64,000 nucleotides of DNA from Bacteroidota bacterium (GTDB lineage Bacteria > Bacteroidota > Ignavibacteria > Kapaibacteriales > UBA961), in the NCBI GenBank assembly GCA_964204605.1, contig OZ123195.1, forward strand, positions 751,814 through 815,813, read 5' to 3'. The first letter of the stretch is position 1. The number at the start of each line of letters is the position of its first letter. The translations under genes and the position numbers were made by a program. Below are positions 8,471 to 18,449 of the stretch, in pieces. The notes under the pieces were generated by a model that saw nothing but the letters and a program-made list of their open reading frames with translations, made no database searches and was not told the origin of the DNA.

Positions 8471-10345
8471 ATGAGATTTAAGAACACTACTCTTATGATT
8501 CTTTTATCAATGTGCTTTATCCACTGTTATTATTCCCTGTATTCTCAAGAAAATACGATGAATAAGACAATAAATTATGGCTTCTTTATACGTCCCTCAG
8601 TTAATGTTCATTCTGGTAACTTTTCTACTTTACCGCCAGTTTCTTCTTGTTGTCCCACATATGACAAAGGGTATGGTGTCGGATTCACCCTAGGAATTCA
8701 AGCTCAGTATGCAGTACATCCGCTTTGGTCAATTAAAAGTTCATTTGGCTATACATCTTTAGCAGGTACTTTTAGGATTAGAGAAAATACTTCAATTATA
8801 TATCCTAATCCTACAAAAGTAGAAATAGAACATGTTTTAAACGCCGATTTATCTGCGATTATCCTAGAGCCAATGCTTTTATATACACCTTTAAAGAATA
8901 TGTATATTGGTTTAGGATGTACAATTGGCACTATTATCTCCAAGAATTATACTCAAGAAGAACAGCTTATTAGTCCATCATGGGGTACTTTTGAGAACAA
9001 TAAAAGAACAAGAAATAAAACCTCTGGTTCAATTCCAGGCATTAATCCTCGATATTTTGCCTTGTCTACCCTTCTTTCTTATGCTATTCCTATTTCCAAT
9101 AAAAATTCTTTATATCTTATTCCACACATTCAGTGGTGGCAGGCATTAAGAAATGTAACATATACAGTTGATTGGAAAATCAATGTATTATCTGCTGGTA
9201 TTGGATTGATGTACATGCCCTTTGAGAATAACTCTGAAAGTAAAAGAAATAACTTCACAGTATTTTCTGATCCTTTGCCTTTACCTAAAATTGAAACAGA
9301 TGTAATTATTCAAAAGGAATTGTCTTTTTCCCCTATAAAGATTACCGAAAAAAGAATAGTAAAAAGTGAACCTCTTTTGCCATATCTTTTTATTCATGGT
9401 TCTCATTACATATCATCGTATAGCCAGGTATTTAACAATCATCCTTATGTTCATGTTATAGATACGATTGGGAAAAGAATGTCAAATAATTCCGAGATTC
9501 TTTTTCTTAATGTTTTAGAAATGAGAACAATAGTACCAAAACAAATTCTACAATACTGTACTAATATCATTAATTATCTAGCAGATTCTTATAACATATC
9601 AAAGGACAGAATTAAGATAATTAAGAAGAAAAGATTTAATGAAATATCAAATATAGAATATGAAGAGGGAAGACAGGAGAATAATAGAATTGAATTATCT
9701 TGTTCAGATCCATCCATTTTACAACCTTTTACGAATACTATTTCAATTAATGATACATTACATGGACATTATGATTTCATGTTGGAACCACAATATTCTA
9801 TGAATCAAAATGTTACAATAGAAGTTTTATCATTAAAAGGTGATATTCTATCCTATAGTGAATGTTCTTCTAAAGATAGGTGTACAATACAATTAACACC
9901 TAATTATCCTGATACTATTATTATTCGTTCTCGATGTATTGATTCAAGTTTTAACCATATAATTCAAGATAAAAAGCTGTATATATATGATTATCGAAAT
10001 AATATATCTAATAATAAACAATTAAGTAATGAAATATACATATCACATTTTGAATATGGTTCTTCATCATTATCAGAATTACAAAAAGAAGAACTATTTG
10101 CTCTAAAATCTGATCTTTCAGAAAAAGATTCTTTGATTTTGGAAGGTTTTACAGATGAACTTGGTAGTTATGATATCAATAAAACATTAGCTTATCAAAG
10201 GGCATTGGAAGTTTCTTTTCTTTTAAACAGAAAGAATGTGCTGATTGAACAATCTAAAAACAAACAACTATTGTATGGTATATCAACTCCAGAAGAAAGA
10301 ATGTACAATAGAACTGTTAAGATTACCATATTGAGACGAAGATAG
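8471..10345 (+). CDS. OmpA-family outer-membrane protein (N-terminal beta-barrel, central unknown region, C-terminal OmpA_C peptidoglycan-binding domain)
   Basis: Signal peptide; C-terminal LEGFTDELGSYDINKTLAYQRALEV matches the OmpA_C motif. Starts 2 nt after the prfA stop. Confidence 0.7.
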   Translation: MRFKNTTLMILLSMCFIHCYYSLYSQENTMNKTINYGFFIRPSVNVHSGNFSTLPPVSSCCPTYDKGYGVGFTLGIQAQYAVHPLWSIKSSFGYTSLAGTFRIRENTSIIYPNPTKVEIEHVLNADLSAIILEPMLLYTPLKNMYIGLGCTIGTIISKNYTQEEQLISPSWGTFENNKRTRNKTSGSIPGINPRYFALSTLLSYAIPISNKNSLYLIPHIQWWQALRNVTYTVDWKINVLSAGIGLMYMPFENNSESKRNNFTVFSDPLPLPKIETDVIIQKELSFSPIKITEKRIVKSEPLLPYLFIHGSHYISSYSQVFNNHPYVHVIDTIGKRMSNNSEILFLNVLEMRTIVPKQILQYCTNIINYLADSYNISKDRIKIIKKKRFNEISNIEYEEGRQENNRIELSCSDPSILQPFTNTISINDTLHGHYDFMLEPQYSMNQNVTIEVLSLKGDILSYSECSSKDRCTIQLTPNYPDTIIIRSRCIDSSFNHIIQDKKLYIYDYRNNISNNKQLSNEIYISHFEYGSSSLSELQKEELFALKSDLSEKDSLILEGFTDELGSYDINKTLAYQRALEVSFLLNRKNVLIEQSKNKQLLYGISTPEERMYNRTVKITILRRR

Positions 10346-10431
10346 ATACAATATTCTCTTTTGACTATCTCGAAGAGAATGTATATCTTTGAAATTGAAT
10401 TATTAGAAATACTTTGACTTTAAGGTGAAGA

Positions 10432-10788
10432 ATGTTTACGATTATAACATTGGTAATGGTGCTTTTAGGAATTTTATTAATTGCTGCTGTATTAGTTCAA
10501 CCTGGAAAAGGTGATATGGCTTCAGGAATGTCTGGCTTTGGAAATCAATTAGGATCAATGTTTGGTTCAAGAAAAGCTTCAGATTTACTTACTAAAATAA
10601 CAATTGGATTAGGCGCCGTTATTTTATTACTTTCTTTGATTACAAATAAGTTTTTTATGTCTTCTTCTATTGCTGAAGAAAGAGCTCCAGCTACATTAAA
10701 TGCAGAGAAACCTACAAATATACCTGCTGCTCCAGCACCTGCAAAGACTGCCCCGGTTCAAGCAGCACCTGTGCAACAGAGCAAATAA
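10432..10788 (+). CDS. secG: Preprotein translocase subunit SecG
   Basis: Two TM helices with the conserved N-terminus (LLGILLIAAVLVQPGKGDMASGMSGFG) and a Pro/Ala-rich tail. Confidence 0.8.
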   Translation: MFTIITLVMVLLGILLIAAVLVQPGKGDMASGMSGFGNQLGSMFGSRKASDLLTKITIGLGAVILLLSLITNKFFMSSSIAEERAPATLNAEKPTNIPAAPAPAKTAPVQAAPVQQSK

Positions 10789-10794
10789 TATATT

Positions 10795-10827
10795 AAGCCG
10801 ATTCACAAAGAGTCGGCTTTTTTTTTA
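10795..10827 (+). terminator. Rho-independent terminator downstream of secG
   Basis: Stem AAGCCGA/TCGGCTT with an 11-nt loop, followed by a run of ~8 T. Confidence 0.65.
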
Positions 10828-12027
10828 TTCGTATCGTAATGATTCAGTAATAGATGTTTTAGCAGCAATTGAAGAAGGGTAAATGGTAGCAATGAAAGCT
10901 AATCCCAAAGTTAGCAAGCAAGAAGTAATGATGTCAATAGAGTGAATAGAAACAGGTAAACTTTTTACAATGCTATTGGCAATAGGGATCCATCCATATA
11001 GTTGTTGTCCTTTACATAATAATAAACCGATTACTGTTCCAGATACAGTTCCAGCAATTCCTATAATCATACCTTTAAAAAGGAAAATATGTTTTATTTG
11101 ATTGGTAGTAAGCCCCATAGACAATAACATACCGATATCTTTTCTTTTGGTATGAACTGTCATCCATAAAGAAACAAGAATATTAAAAGCAGCCACACAT
11201 GCTACTAAACTTATAACAATAAAACTTGCAGTTCTTTCATATTCCATAGTAGCATAGAGCTCTTTATGTAATTCATTCCAGTCTTTAATTATCAAAGAAG
11301 AAAATAGGGGATTTTGAATAATAAGACTTTTTATTTTTTCAGTAAACTTTGTTTCACTGGCAATAATATCAATATTTGTGGTCCTACTGCCAAAAAGTGT
11401 AGCACCTAATGATTCACTAGAAAAGCACAAATACTTATCATAATCCATTCCTCCGCTTACTTGGAATACACCAGCAATAATAACAGGAATTCCAGTTGAT
11501 TGAAATAAACCACTAGAAACAGCATCTATCATCGCAAGAGAACTAATATGGATTGTGTCACCCTTCATTACTTGCAATTTATCAGCTAAAGCTGAACCAA
11601 TAAAAATATTATTCTTTGTACTATGTGTAAATAAAACAAAGTTTTCTATTGATAATTTTGTAGGTAATTCAGATTGAGAAGACAACACAGCTGGTTGAAG
11701 AATACTATTTTTATGTATGATTATTTTACCAGTATTACATGAAATCACCTTCAGTACATTATCAACTTTTTTTGTAAAATGTATCAATGTGTCTGAAAGT
11801 TTGAGATTTCCATGTGATTGTGATATTCTTATGTGGGGATCTATCGACAATAGCATGTCTTGAACTAAATCTCTGAAGCCATTAAAAATAGAAGAAACAC
11901 AAATTAGTGCTGCAATACCTGTTGTAATCCCCAAATAGGATAAGAAAGTAATAAAGGATATAAAACTTAACTTTTTAAGGGAAAAGATATATCGTAAGGC
12001 TATAAACTGAATGAGATGAAAAGACAA
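10825..12027 (-). CDS. Lipoprotein-releasing system permease LolC/LolE family (MacB-like periplasmic domain plus FtsX domain)
   Basis: 400 aa. N-terminal TM, large periplasmic domain, then three C-terminal TM helices (FtsX-like). Translationally coupled to ppk (4-nt gap). Confidence 0.75.
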   Translation of the reverse strand: MSFHLIQFIALRYIFSLKKLSFISFITFLSYLGITTGIAALICVSSIFNGFRDLVQDMLLSIDPHIRISQSHGNLKLSDTLIHFTKKVDNVLKVISCNTGKIIIHKNSILQPAVLSSQSELPTKLSIENFVLFTHSTKNNIFIGSALADKLQVMKGDTIHISSLAMIDAVSSGLFQSTGIPVIIAGVFQVSGGMDYDKYLCFSSESLGATLFGSRTTNIDIIASETKFTEKIKSLIIQNPLFSSLIIKDWNELHKELYATMEYERTASFIVISLVACVAAFNILVSLWMTVHTKRKDIGMLLSMGLTTNQIKHIFLFKGMIIGIAGTVSGTVIGLLLCKGQQLYGWIPIANSIVKSLPVSIHSIDIITSCLLTLGLAFIATIYPSSIAAKTSITESLRYE

Positions 12028-12031
12028 GACA

Positions 12032-14161
12032 TTACCTTAATTTTTTTAATTTTAATGGATACTTTTTATTAGACAAAATCTCTTGTAATAAATGATTTTG
12101 CGCCCAAAATGTATTGTCTTCTTGTGATTGCAATCTGGTATAAGACCCATTTGAATTGAGCAACCAAGACTTTACATTATCTTGCCAATATACTGCTAGA
12201 ATATGTTCAAGTAGTTGAAAAGACTTTTGATCTAAAATTGGAAACATGATTTCTATTCTTCTCATAAAATTTCTTGGCATCCAATCTGCGCTTGCTAAAT
12301 ATATTTCAGGTTCATCACTACCATTTGAAAAATAGAATATTCTGCTATGTTCTAAAAATCTACCTAATATACTTCTTACTTCAATATTATCACTTAATCC
12401 TTTGATACCTGGAATTAAACAACATACACCACGAATTAATAATTGTATTTTAACGCCATGTTGAGATGCTTTATATAAGGCTTGTATTACTTCTTCATCA
12501 ACTAATGCATTCATTTTTGCAAAGATAAATCCTGGCCTTTCTGGGGTTGACTTTTCAGTTTCTCTTATAATTAAATCCAGAACTTTCTGTTTTAAACCTT
12601 CTGGAGCAACAGAAATTCTTTGCCATTCATCTTGATGAGAATAACCAGTTAATAGATTAAATAAGTCAATAGCATCTTTTCCAAAATCTTCTCTTACTGT
12701 AAAATATCCAATATCAGTATATATTCTAGATGTGGATACATTGTAATTTCCAGTAGACAAATGTAAATAGGTTCTAATCTTCTTTCCTTCTTTACGGACA
12801 ACTAATGTGATTTTTGTATGAATCTTAAGACCAAGGATACCATACACAACATGAACACCAACTCTTTCTAATTCTCTTGCCCAAATAATATTATTTTCTT
12901 CATCAAAGCGTGCTCTAAGTTCAACAAATGCTGTGACTTGCTTACCATTTTCAGCAGCTCTTTTTAATGCATCAACAACAGGAGATGAACCACCTGCTCT
13001 GTATAAAGTAATCTTAATAGCTAATACATTCTTATCATTTGCTGCTGCATCAATAAATTTTACTACACTATTAGTAAATGAATCAAAAGGATGATGGACT
13101 AAAAAATCTCTTTTTCTAATTGCTTCAAATATATCATCAGGATTATCAGTGAATTCAAGAATTTTTTTTGAAAAGAATGGTACATCTTTAAGTTCAGGCT
13201 TTTCAAGTTTAAACAAAGACATTAAATCTGTAGGATTTAGTGGTACATTTGTTTTGTATACATCAAATAATTGCAAGTCTAATGCTTTCATTAACAGTTG
13301 TATCAAAGAATCAGGGGCTTTCTCTTCAATTTCAAGTCTTATTGCATCGGTACCCCATCTTCTTTGTCTAACTTGTTCTGCAATCTCACTTATTAAATCG
13401 GAAGCTTCATCTTCAGCTATTTCTAGTTCAGCATCTCTTGTAACTCTAAAGGAATATGATTCCTCGATAAAATATCCAGGGAATAGCATATGCGCATATT
13501 CTTGAATAATATGTTCTAAAAGGATAAAATGTGATCCAGAACTTCTCTTCAGTTGAACTAATCTAGATAATATTGGTGGAACTTGTAATACAGCAATTTT
13601 TCTACCTGGTCTTATTTCATCTCTTAGTAAAAACACGATTGTTAATGATCTATTTAAGAGTCTTGGAAATGGGTGAGCTGTATCTAGTGCTAGAGGAGTA
13701 AGAACAGGTAGAACATCGTTTTCAAAATAATGCTTAGCAAATTCTTTTTCTTTATTAAGTAATTCTTCAAATGTATGAATAAAGATATCTCTTTCTCTTA
13801 GAGCGGGCATTACATCATGTTGAAAACAGTTCTCATGTCTTTCAAGTAAAGGAATTAACTGTTCTCTGATTTCAATTAATTGTTCTCTTGGGGTCATGCC
13901 ATCGCTAGATATTTCTAAACTATTATTTTCTAATTGTTCCTTTAATCCAGCAACTCTAATCATAAAGAATTCATCAAGATTAGAACAAAATATTAATAAG
14001 AATTTTAATCGTTCTAATAATGGATGATGAATATCTTCAGCTTCACAAAGTACCCTTTGGTTAAACTGTAGCCATGCTAATTCTCTATTGAAAAATGTAA
14101 TTTTAGGTATAATGATATCTTCTTTGGGTACAGACAGATGTTGTTTAGATGTTCTGGGCAT
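12032..14161 (-). CDS. ppk: Polyphosphate kinase 1
   Basis: 709 aa. Conserved PPK1 N-domain (FFNRELAWLQFNQRVL), PLD-like HxK motifs (LKIHTKITLV; both phospholipase-D-type catalytic domains are present). Confidence 0.95.
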   Translation of the reverse strand: MPRTSKQHLSVPKEDIIIPKITFFNRELAWLQFNQRVLCEAEDIHHPLLERLKFLLIFCSNLDEFFMIRVAGLKEQLENNSLEISSDGMTPREQLIEIREQLIPLLERHENCFQHDVMPALRERDIFIHTFEELLNKEKEFAKHYFENDVLPVLTPLALDTAHPFPRLLNRSLTIVFLLRDEIRPGRKIAVLQVPPILSRLVQLKRSSGSHFILLEHIIQEYAHMLFPGYFIEESYSFRVTRDAELEIAEDEASDLISEIAEQVRQRRWGTDAIRLEIEEKAPDSLIQLLMKALDLQLFDVYKTNVPLNPTDLMSLFKLEKPELKDVPFFSKKILEFTDNPDDIFEAIRKRDFLVHHPFDSFTNSVVKFIDAAANDKNVLAIKITLYRAGGSSPVVDALKRAAENGKQVTAFVELRARFDEENNIIWARELERVGVHVVYGILGLKIHTKITLVVRKEGKKIRTYLHLSTGNYNVSTSRIYTDIGYFTVREDFGKDAIDLFNLLTGYSHQDEWQRISVAPEGLKQKVLDLIIRETEKSTPERPGFIFAKMNALVDEEVIQALYKASQHGVKIQLLIRGVCCLIPGIKGLSDNIEVRSILGRFLEHSRIFYFSNGSDEPEIYLASADWMPRNFMRRIEIMFPILDQKSFQLLEHILAVYWQDNVKSWLLNSNGSYTRLQSQEDNTFWAQNHLLQEILSNKKYPLKLKKLR

Positions 14162-14224
14162 TATTTTTTGATAAATATGTTGAAATGATAATAAAAATTA
14201 ATAGATATTCTTTTGAATATCAAG

Positions 14225-15814
14225 TCATAATCCAATAATAATAGGAATCAATTTATTTTCTGAGTAAGAATTATCTGCATGATTAATCTGTATTAACATG
14301 ATATATGCTCCTGGTTCTAAAATGCCATATTCAGTTTGACCATTCCATGGTATATGTATATTACCTGAGACATATAATGTATTCACTATTGTGGAACAAT
14401 AACTTTTTGACTTTGTAAATAGTTGTATGGTTATAAATCCCGGAACTTTAGTCTGGATATTGATAAAACAGAGAGCACCTTTCGATGGATAATATGGTTG
14501 TGGCTTTATTGAATAATTTTCAATAATTGTATCATTACTATTATATGTGGAGTTTACTTTGCCAGGTGTTGCCCCAAGTATAGAACCTGAAGTTGTCCAA
14601 GTATGACTATTTTCAGATGATATAAATGGATTTCCTTTTTCTAAACTTTTACCTTTTTTATTTATTATTCTTGGATTATGCATCGAAGGTGAATACAAGA
14701 TTTTATCTAATATATGCTGTAATGGATCTTTTAACACTAATTCTCTCCCAGAGTTTTGCAATTGAATAGATACAGGAATATGTTTTGAATAAGTATCTAA
14801 TTCCATATTGATTGTGTCTGCGGAAATTACAATATAATGAACACTTGTATCATAGATATTCTTATCATGAAACAGATATGTATATTTATAATCAGAAATT
14901 GAGTATTGATCTAATGAAAAGGGCTTTTCAGATTGTACATATAGTTCTATAAATTCATTGAATTGATGAGTTGTATCAGATTCATATAGTATTTCATTAA
15001 AACTTATAAATATTGAAGAATCACTCCTAAAACTTGTATATACCATTGAATCATTGTACATACGGGGATCATTGTAATTATTAACTAATGATATTGCAAT
15101 GTTATTCCAACCTGATGAATAATGTAGTATGTCTGTTATAAGTAAGGTTACCGTAAGTAATTCTAGCCGTTTTATGTCTTTTACAGTTTTTATTGTGCAT
15201 TCACTATCAATACTAAAGCATACAGACACATTTGATATATCATGATAACTATTATTATATAATATGACAGTTAATGAATCACCTTCTTGAATGCAATCTT
15301 TAACTACAATATCATTATCTAACGGTGAAATTGAATTTATATAACCACATGTAGCGGAATCATAAACAATACTATTCTGAAATACTTTTGTTTCAGCTAT
15401 ATAACGTTCTAGTGAGATTCCTTTTTTATGATTGTTTAATGAATAATAGATTGAGTCAAGTATAATTGAATCTTTGTAAGCAATTTTAATACAATCTTTA
15501 CTATTGTTTAAAGTTGGAATTCTTGCTTGTATTAATCTAGCAGAGGGGTCTATAAATCTTGATTCTTTTAAAGCAAGAGTATCTTTTGTTAGAATAATGT
15601 ACGCAAATGGTTGAACAATGAAAGATGGTACAGTAATACTAGATAGTAGATCGTACAATAATAATGAATCAGCAAAGTAGGCATCCTTTGAATTATTATA
15701 TAATTCTATCCATTCTGGTTCACCGGAACTAGGAGTAGGATGAAATTCATTAATAATCAATTGAGCATGAAGTGGATATAATCCTAGCAAAAGGATTATT
15801 AGTAATAATCTCAT
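14225..15814 (-). CDS. Secreted protein with two lamin-tail-domain (LTD)-like modules and a possible C-terminal sorting/Ig-like domain; function unknown
   Basis: Signal peptide (LLGLYPLHAQ). LTD-like motifs LIINEFHPTPSSGEPEWIELYN and FNEFIELYVQSEKPFSLDQY. Confidence 0.5.
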   Translation of the reverse strand: MRLLLIILLLGLYPLHAQLIINEFHPTPSSGEPEWIELYNNSKDAYFADSLLLYDLLSSITVPSFIVQPFAYIILTKDTLALKESRFIDPSARLIQARIPTLNNSKDCIKIAYKDSIILDSIYYSLNNHKKGISLERYIAETKVFQNSIVYDSATCGYINSISPLDNDIVVKDCIQEGDSLTVILYNNSYHDISNVSVCFSIDSECTIKTVKDIKRLELLTVTLLITDILHYSSGWNNIAISLVNNYNDPRMYNDSMVYTSFRSDSSIFISFNEILYESDTTHQFNEFIELYVQSEKPFSLDQYSISDYKYTYLFHDKNIYDTSVHYIVISADTINMELDTYSKHIPVSIQLQNSGRELVLKDPLQHILDKILYSPSMHNPRIINKKGKSLEKGNPFISSENSHTWTTSGSILGATPGKVNSTYNSNDTIIENYSIKPQPYYPSKGALCFINIQTKVPGFITIQLFTKSKSYCSTIVNTLYVSGNIHIPWNGQTEYGILEPGAYIMLIQINHADNSYSENKLIPIIIGL

Positions 15815-15827
15815 ACGAAATCCCCTG

Positions 15828-15857
15828 AAAAAAAAGGGCTGCTATAAGTAACAGCCC
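15828..15857 (-). terminator. Rho-independent terminator (minus strand) downstream of the acyl-CoA dehydrogenase gene
   Basis: On the minus strand: hairpin GGGCTGTTACTTATAGCAGCCC followed by TTTTTTTT. Confidence 0.6.
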
Positions 15858-15870
15858 AATAAAAACAGAC

Positions 15871-17034
15871 CTATTTAAAAGCTTGAATACCAGTAATATC
15901 TGCACCTAAAATTAAGGTATGGATATCATGAGTACCCTCATATGTTCTTACAGATTCTAAATTCGCTGAATGCCTCATAATGGGATATTCTTGTAAAATG
16001 CCATTTGCTCCATGAATATCACGAGCTATGCGAGCACATTGAATAGCAATATCAACATTATTACGTTTAGCTAAAGACACTTGATTTGGATTCATCAAAC
16101 CAGAATCTTTTAATTTACCTAATTGCATACAAATCAATTGTCCTTTTGTAATTTCATTAAGCATCCAAACCAATTTATCTTGAACCAATTGAAAAGAGGC
16201 GATAGGCTTATCAAATTGAATTCTAGACTTAGCATAATCCAAAGAGGATTGATAGGTTCCAATAGCAGAACCAATAGCACCCCATGCAATGCCATAGCGA
16301 GCTTGAGTTAAACAACTTAAAGGTCCTTTTAAACCCTTTACATCTAATTTATGCGAATCAGGTATCTCTACATCTTGAAAGATCAATTCTGAAGTAACAG
16401 AAGCTCTTAATGAGTGTTTTCCTTTCATTTCAGGTGCAGAAAATCCTTTCATCCCTTTCTCGACAATAAACCCACAGATTTCACCTTCATATTTAGCCCA
16501 AACAACAGCTACATTAGCTAAGGAGCCATTTGTAATCCACATTTTTGCGCCATTAAGTAAATAGCCACCATCAATTTTCTTTGCATTTGTAATCATTCCA
16601 CTAGGATTTGAACCGAAATCAGGCTCTGTAAGGCCAAAGCAACCAATTGCAGTACCGGCAGCTAATTTTGGTAACCATTTATTTTTCATATCTTCATTAG
16701 CATAACTATAAATAGGGAACATAACTAATGAACTTTGAACAGAGGCAAATGATCTAATGCCAGAATCACCTCTTTCTAATTCTTGCATAGCTAAACCATA
16801 AGAGGTATAATTAGCACCTGCACATCCATATTCTTGAGGCAAGGTAATACCAAAAAGACCTAATTCAGCCATTTTGGGAACTAAATCCATAGGAAATGTC
16901 CCATCTTGGTAATGTTTCTCTATAATCGGTATCACTTCACTATCAACAAAATCTGCAACTGATTCCCTAACCATTCTTTCTTCATCAGAAAGCTGATTAT
17001 ATACGCCATAATAATCTACAGGTTGAAAAGACAT
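15871..17034 (-). CDS. Acyl-CoA dehydrogenase (glutaryl-CoA-dehydrogenase-like)
   Basis: 387 aa. The N-terminus (MSFQPVDYYGVYNQLSDEERMVRESV) and overall pattern are typical of the GCDH subgroup of ACADs. Catalytic Glu region near the C-terminus (YEGTHDIHTLILG). Confidence 0.85.
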   Translation of the reverse strand: MSFQPVDYYGVYNQLSDEERMVRESVADFVDSEVIPIIEKHYQDGTFPMDLVPKMAELGLFGITLPQEYGCAGANYTSYGLAMQELERGDSGIRSFASVQSSLVMFPIYSYANEDMKNKWLPKLAAGTAIGCFGLTEPDFGSNPSGMITNAKKIDGGYLLNGAKMWITNGSLANVAVVWAKYEGEICGFIVEKGMKGFSAPEMKGKHSLRASVTSELIFQDVEIPDSHKLDVKGLKGPLSCLTQARYGIAWGAIGSAIGTYQSSLDYAKSRIQFDKPIASFQLVQDKLVWMLNEITKGQLICMQLGKLKDSGLMNPNQVSLAKRNNVDIAIQCARIARDIHGANGILQEYPIMRHSANLESVRTYEGTHDIHTLILGADITGIQAFK

Positions 17035-17136
17035 TATAAAACCTTATTAAATAAAAATGATTTTCTTTTTCTTGAACACAAAATTACTGAAATTCGTTTC
17101 TAGGATAAAGTCTTTCTTTGAATTTTATGAATCTTT

Positions 17137-17784
17137 ATGCTTACTTCATATTCTAAACGAATCCCTTTCTTTTCAATTATCATGTGCACATTTAATAGAA
17201 ATCACTTGATAAGTAGAGCACTCGACTCTCTTTTACTTCAAACTGAAAAAGATTGGGAATGTATTATTGTTGATGATGGTTCTATGGATGAAACATTTCA
17301 TACTGTAAAAAAGTATGCAGATATCTATAATAACATCAAATACGTTTATCACAGCAATAAAGGAACAGGGCTTTCTAAGAATGCTGGTATATTAGCTGCA
17401 AGTGGTATGTTTATTACCTTTTTAGATTCAGATGATGAATATCATCCAGCTCATCTGTCAATAAGAAAAACAATTCTTGAAGAATACACCAATCTTGATT
17501 TATTACATGGTGGGGTAGACATAATAGGTAATCCTTATGTAACAGACAAAGATGATTATAATAAACAGACTCATCTTTCTGAATGTGTAATAGGAGGTAC
17601 ATTTGTGATCCCTAGTTATAAATTGCATCAAATAGGTGGTTTTAGTAATCTTCGATATGCTGATGATGCTGATTTATATCAAAAAGCTGTTGATGCTTCT
17701 TGGAACATAGCAAAAATAGACTATCCTACATATATATATCACAGAGATACTCCTGATTCACTTTGTTCAAATCAACACATATGA
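17137..17784 (+). CDS. Family 2 glycosyltransferase
   Basis: GT2 N-terminal motif (FSIIMCTFNRNHL), DDGSMD and DSDDE motifs. Confidence 0.75.
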   Translation: MLTSYSKRIPFFSIIMCTFNRNHLISRALDSLLLQTEKDWECIIVDDGSMDETFHTVKKYADIYNNIKYVYHSNKGTGLSKNAGILAASGMFITFLDSDDEYHPAHLSIRKTILEEYTNLDLLHGGVDIIGNPYVTDKDDYNKQTHLSECVIGGTFVIPSYKLHQIGGFSNLRYADDADLYQKAVDASWNIAKIDYPTYIYHRDTPDSLCSNQHI

Positions 17785-18449
17785 AAGAATCAATAAAAAA
17801 GAAAACTCTACGATTGCAATCAATCTATCAAAAACTTATAGACAAATATCCTGAAGTAGAATGTGCTTTATTATATACAACGCCTTTTGAATTATTGATT
17901 GCTACTATATTATCTGCACAATGTACAGATGCACGAGTAAATATGGTTACCCCTAAACTTTTCAATAGATTTCCTGATGTTTTTGCATTAGCAGATGCTA
18001 CCTTAGAAGAATTAGAAAGTATTATTTATTCTACTGGCTTTTATAAAGCAAAAAGTGCAAATATTATTGCTTGTTGCAAAAGCTTAGTTAAAAATTATCA
18101 AGGAAATATCCCCAAAAGTATAGATGAACTCCAAAGTTTAGCAGGTGTTGGTAGAAAAACAGCAAATGTTGTACTAGGTAATGCTTTTGGAATAAATGCA
18201 GGTATAACTGTTGATACCCACGTAAAAAGAGTTATGTCATTATTAGGAATAACAACTACTCAAAATGCAGAGATTGTTGAAAGAGAATTAATGAAGATAA
18301 TATATCAAGATGAATGGACAAATTTCACACATAGAATCATTGCTCATGGCAGAGAAACTTGTATTGCCAGGCGTCCTAAATGTAATGATTGTATTCTAAA
18401 TACTGAATGTTTTCATGCCACTAATCTGAAAGGGAAGTCCACTCAGTAA
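17763..18449 (+). CDS. nth: Endonuclease III (DNA glycosylase/AP lyase)
   Basis: HhH-GPD motif (LQSLAGVGRKTANVVL) and a C-terminal 4Fe-4S cluster loop (CIARRPKCNDCILNTEC). Confidence 0.9.
   Translation: MFKSTHMKESIKKKTLRLQSIYQKLIDKYPEVECALLYTTPFELLIATILSAQCTDARVNMVTPKLFNRFPDVFALADATLEELESIIYSTGFYKAKSANIIACCKSLVKNYQGNIPKSIDELQSLAGVGRKTANVVLGNAFGINAGITVDTHVKRVMSLLGITTTQNAEIVERELMKIIYQDEWTNFTHRIIAHGRETCIARRPKCNDCILNTECFHATNLKGKSTQ

Noticed and set aside
13149-13505. 118-aa ORF antisense to ppk.
   Set aside because: It is embedded in the conserved ppk1 coding sequence on the opposite strand and is Ser/low-complexity-rich. Spurious.
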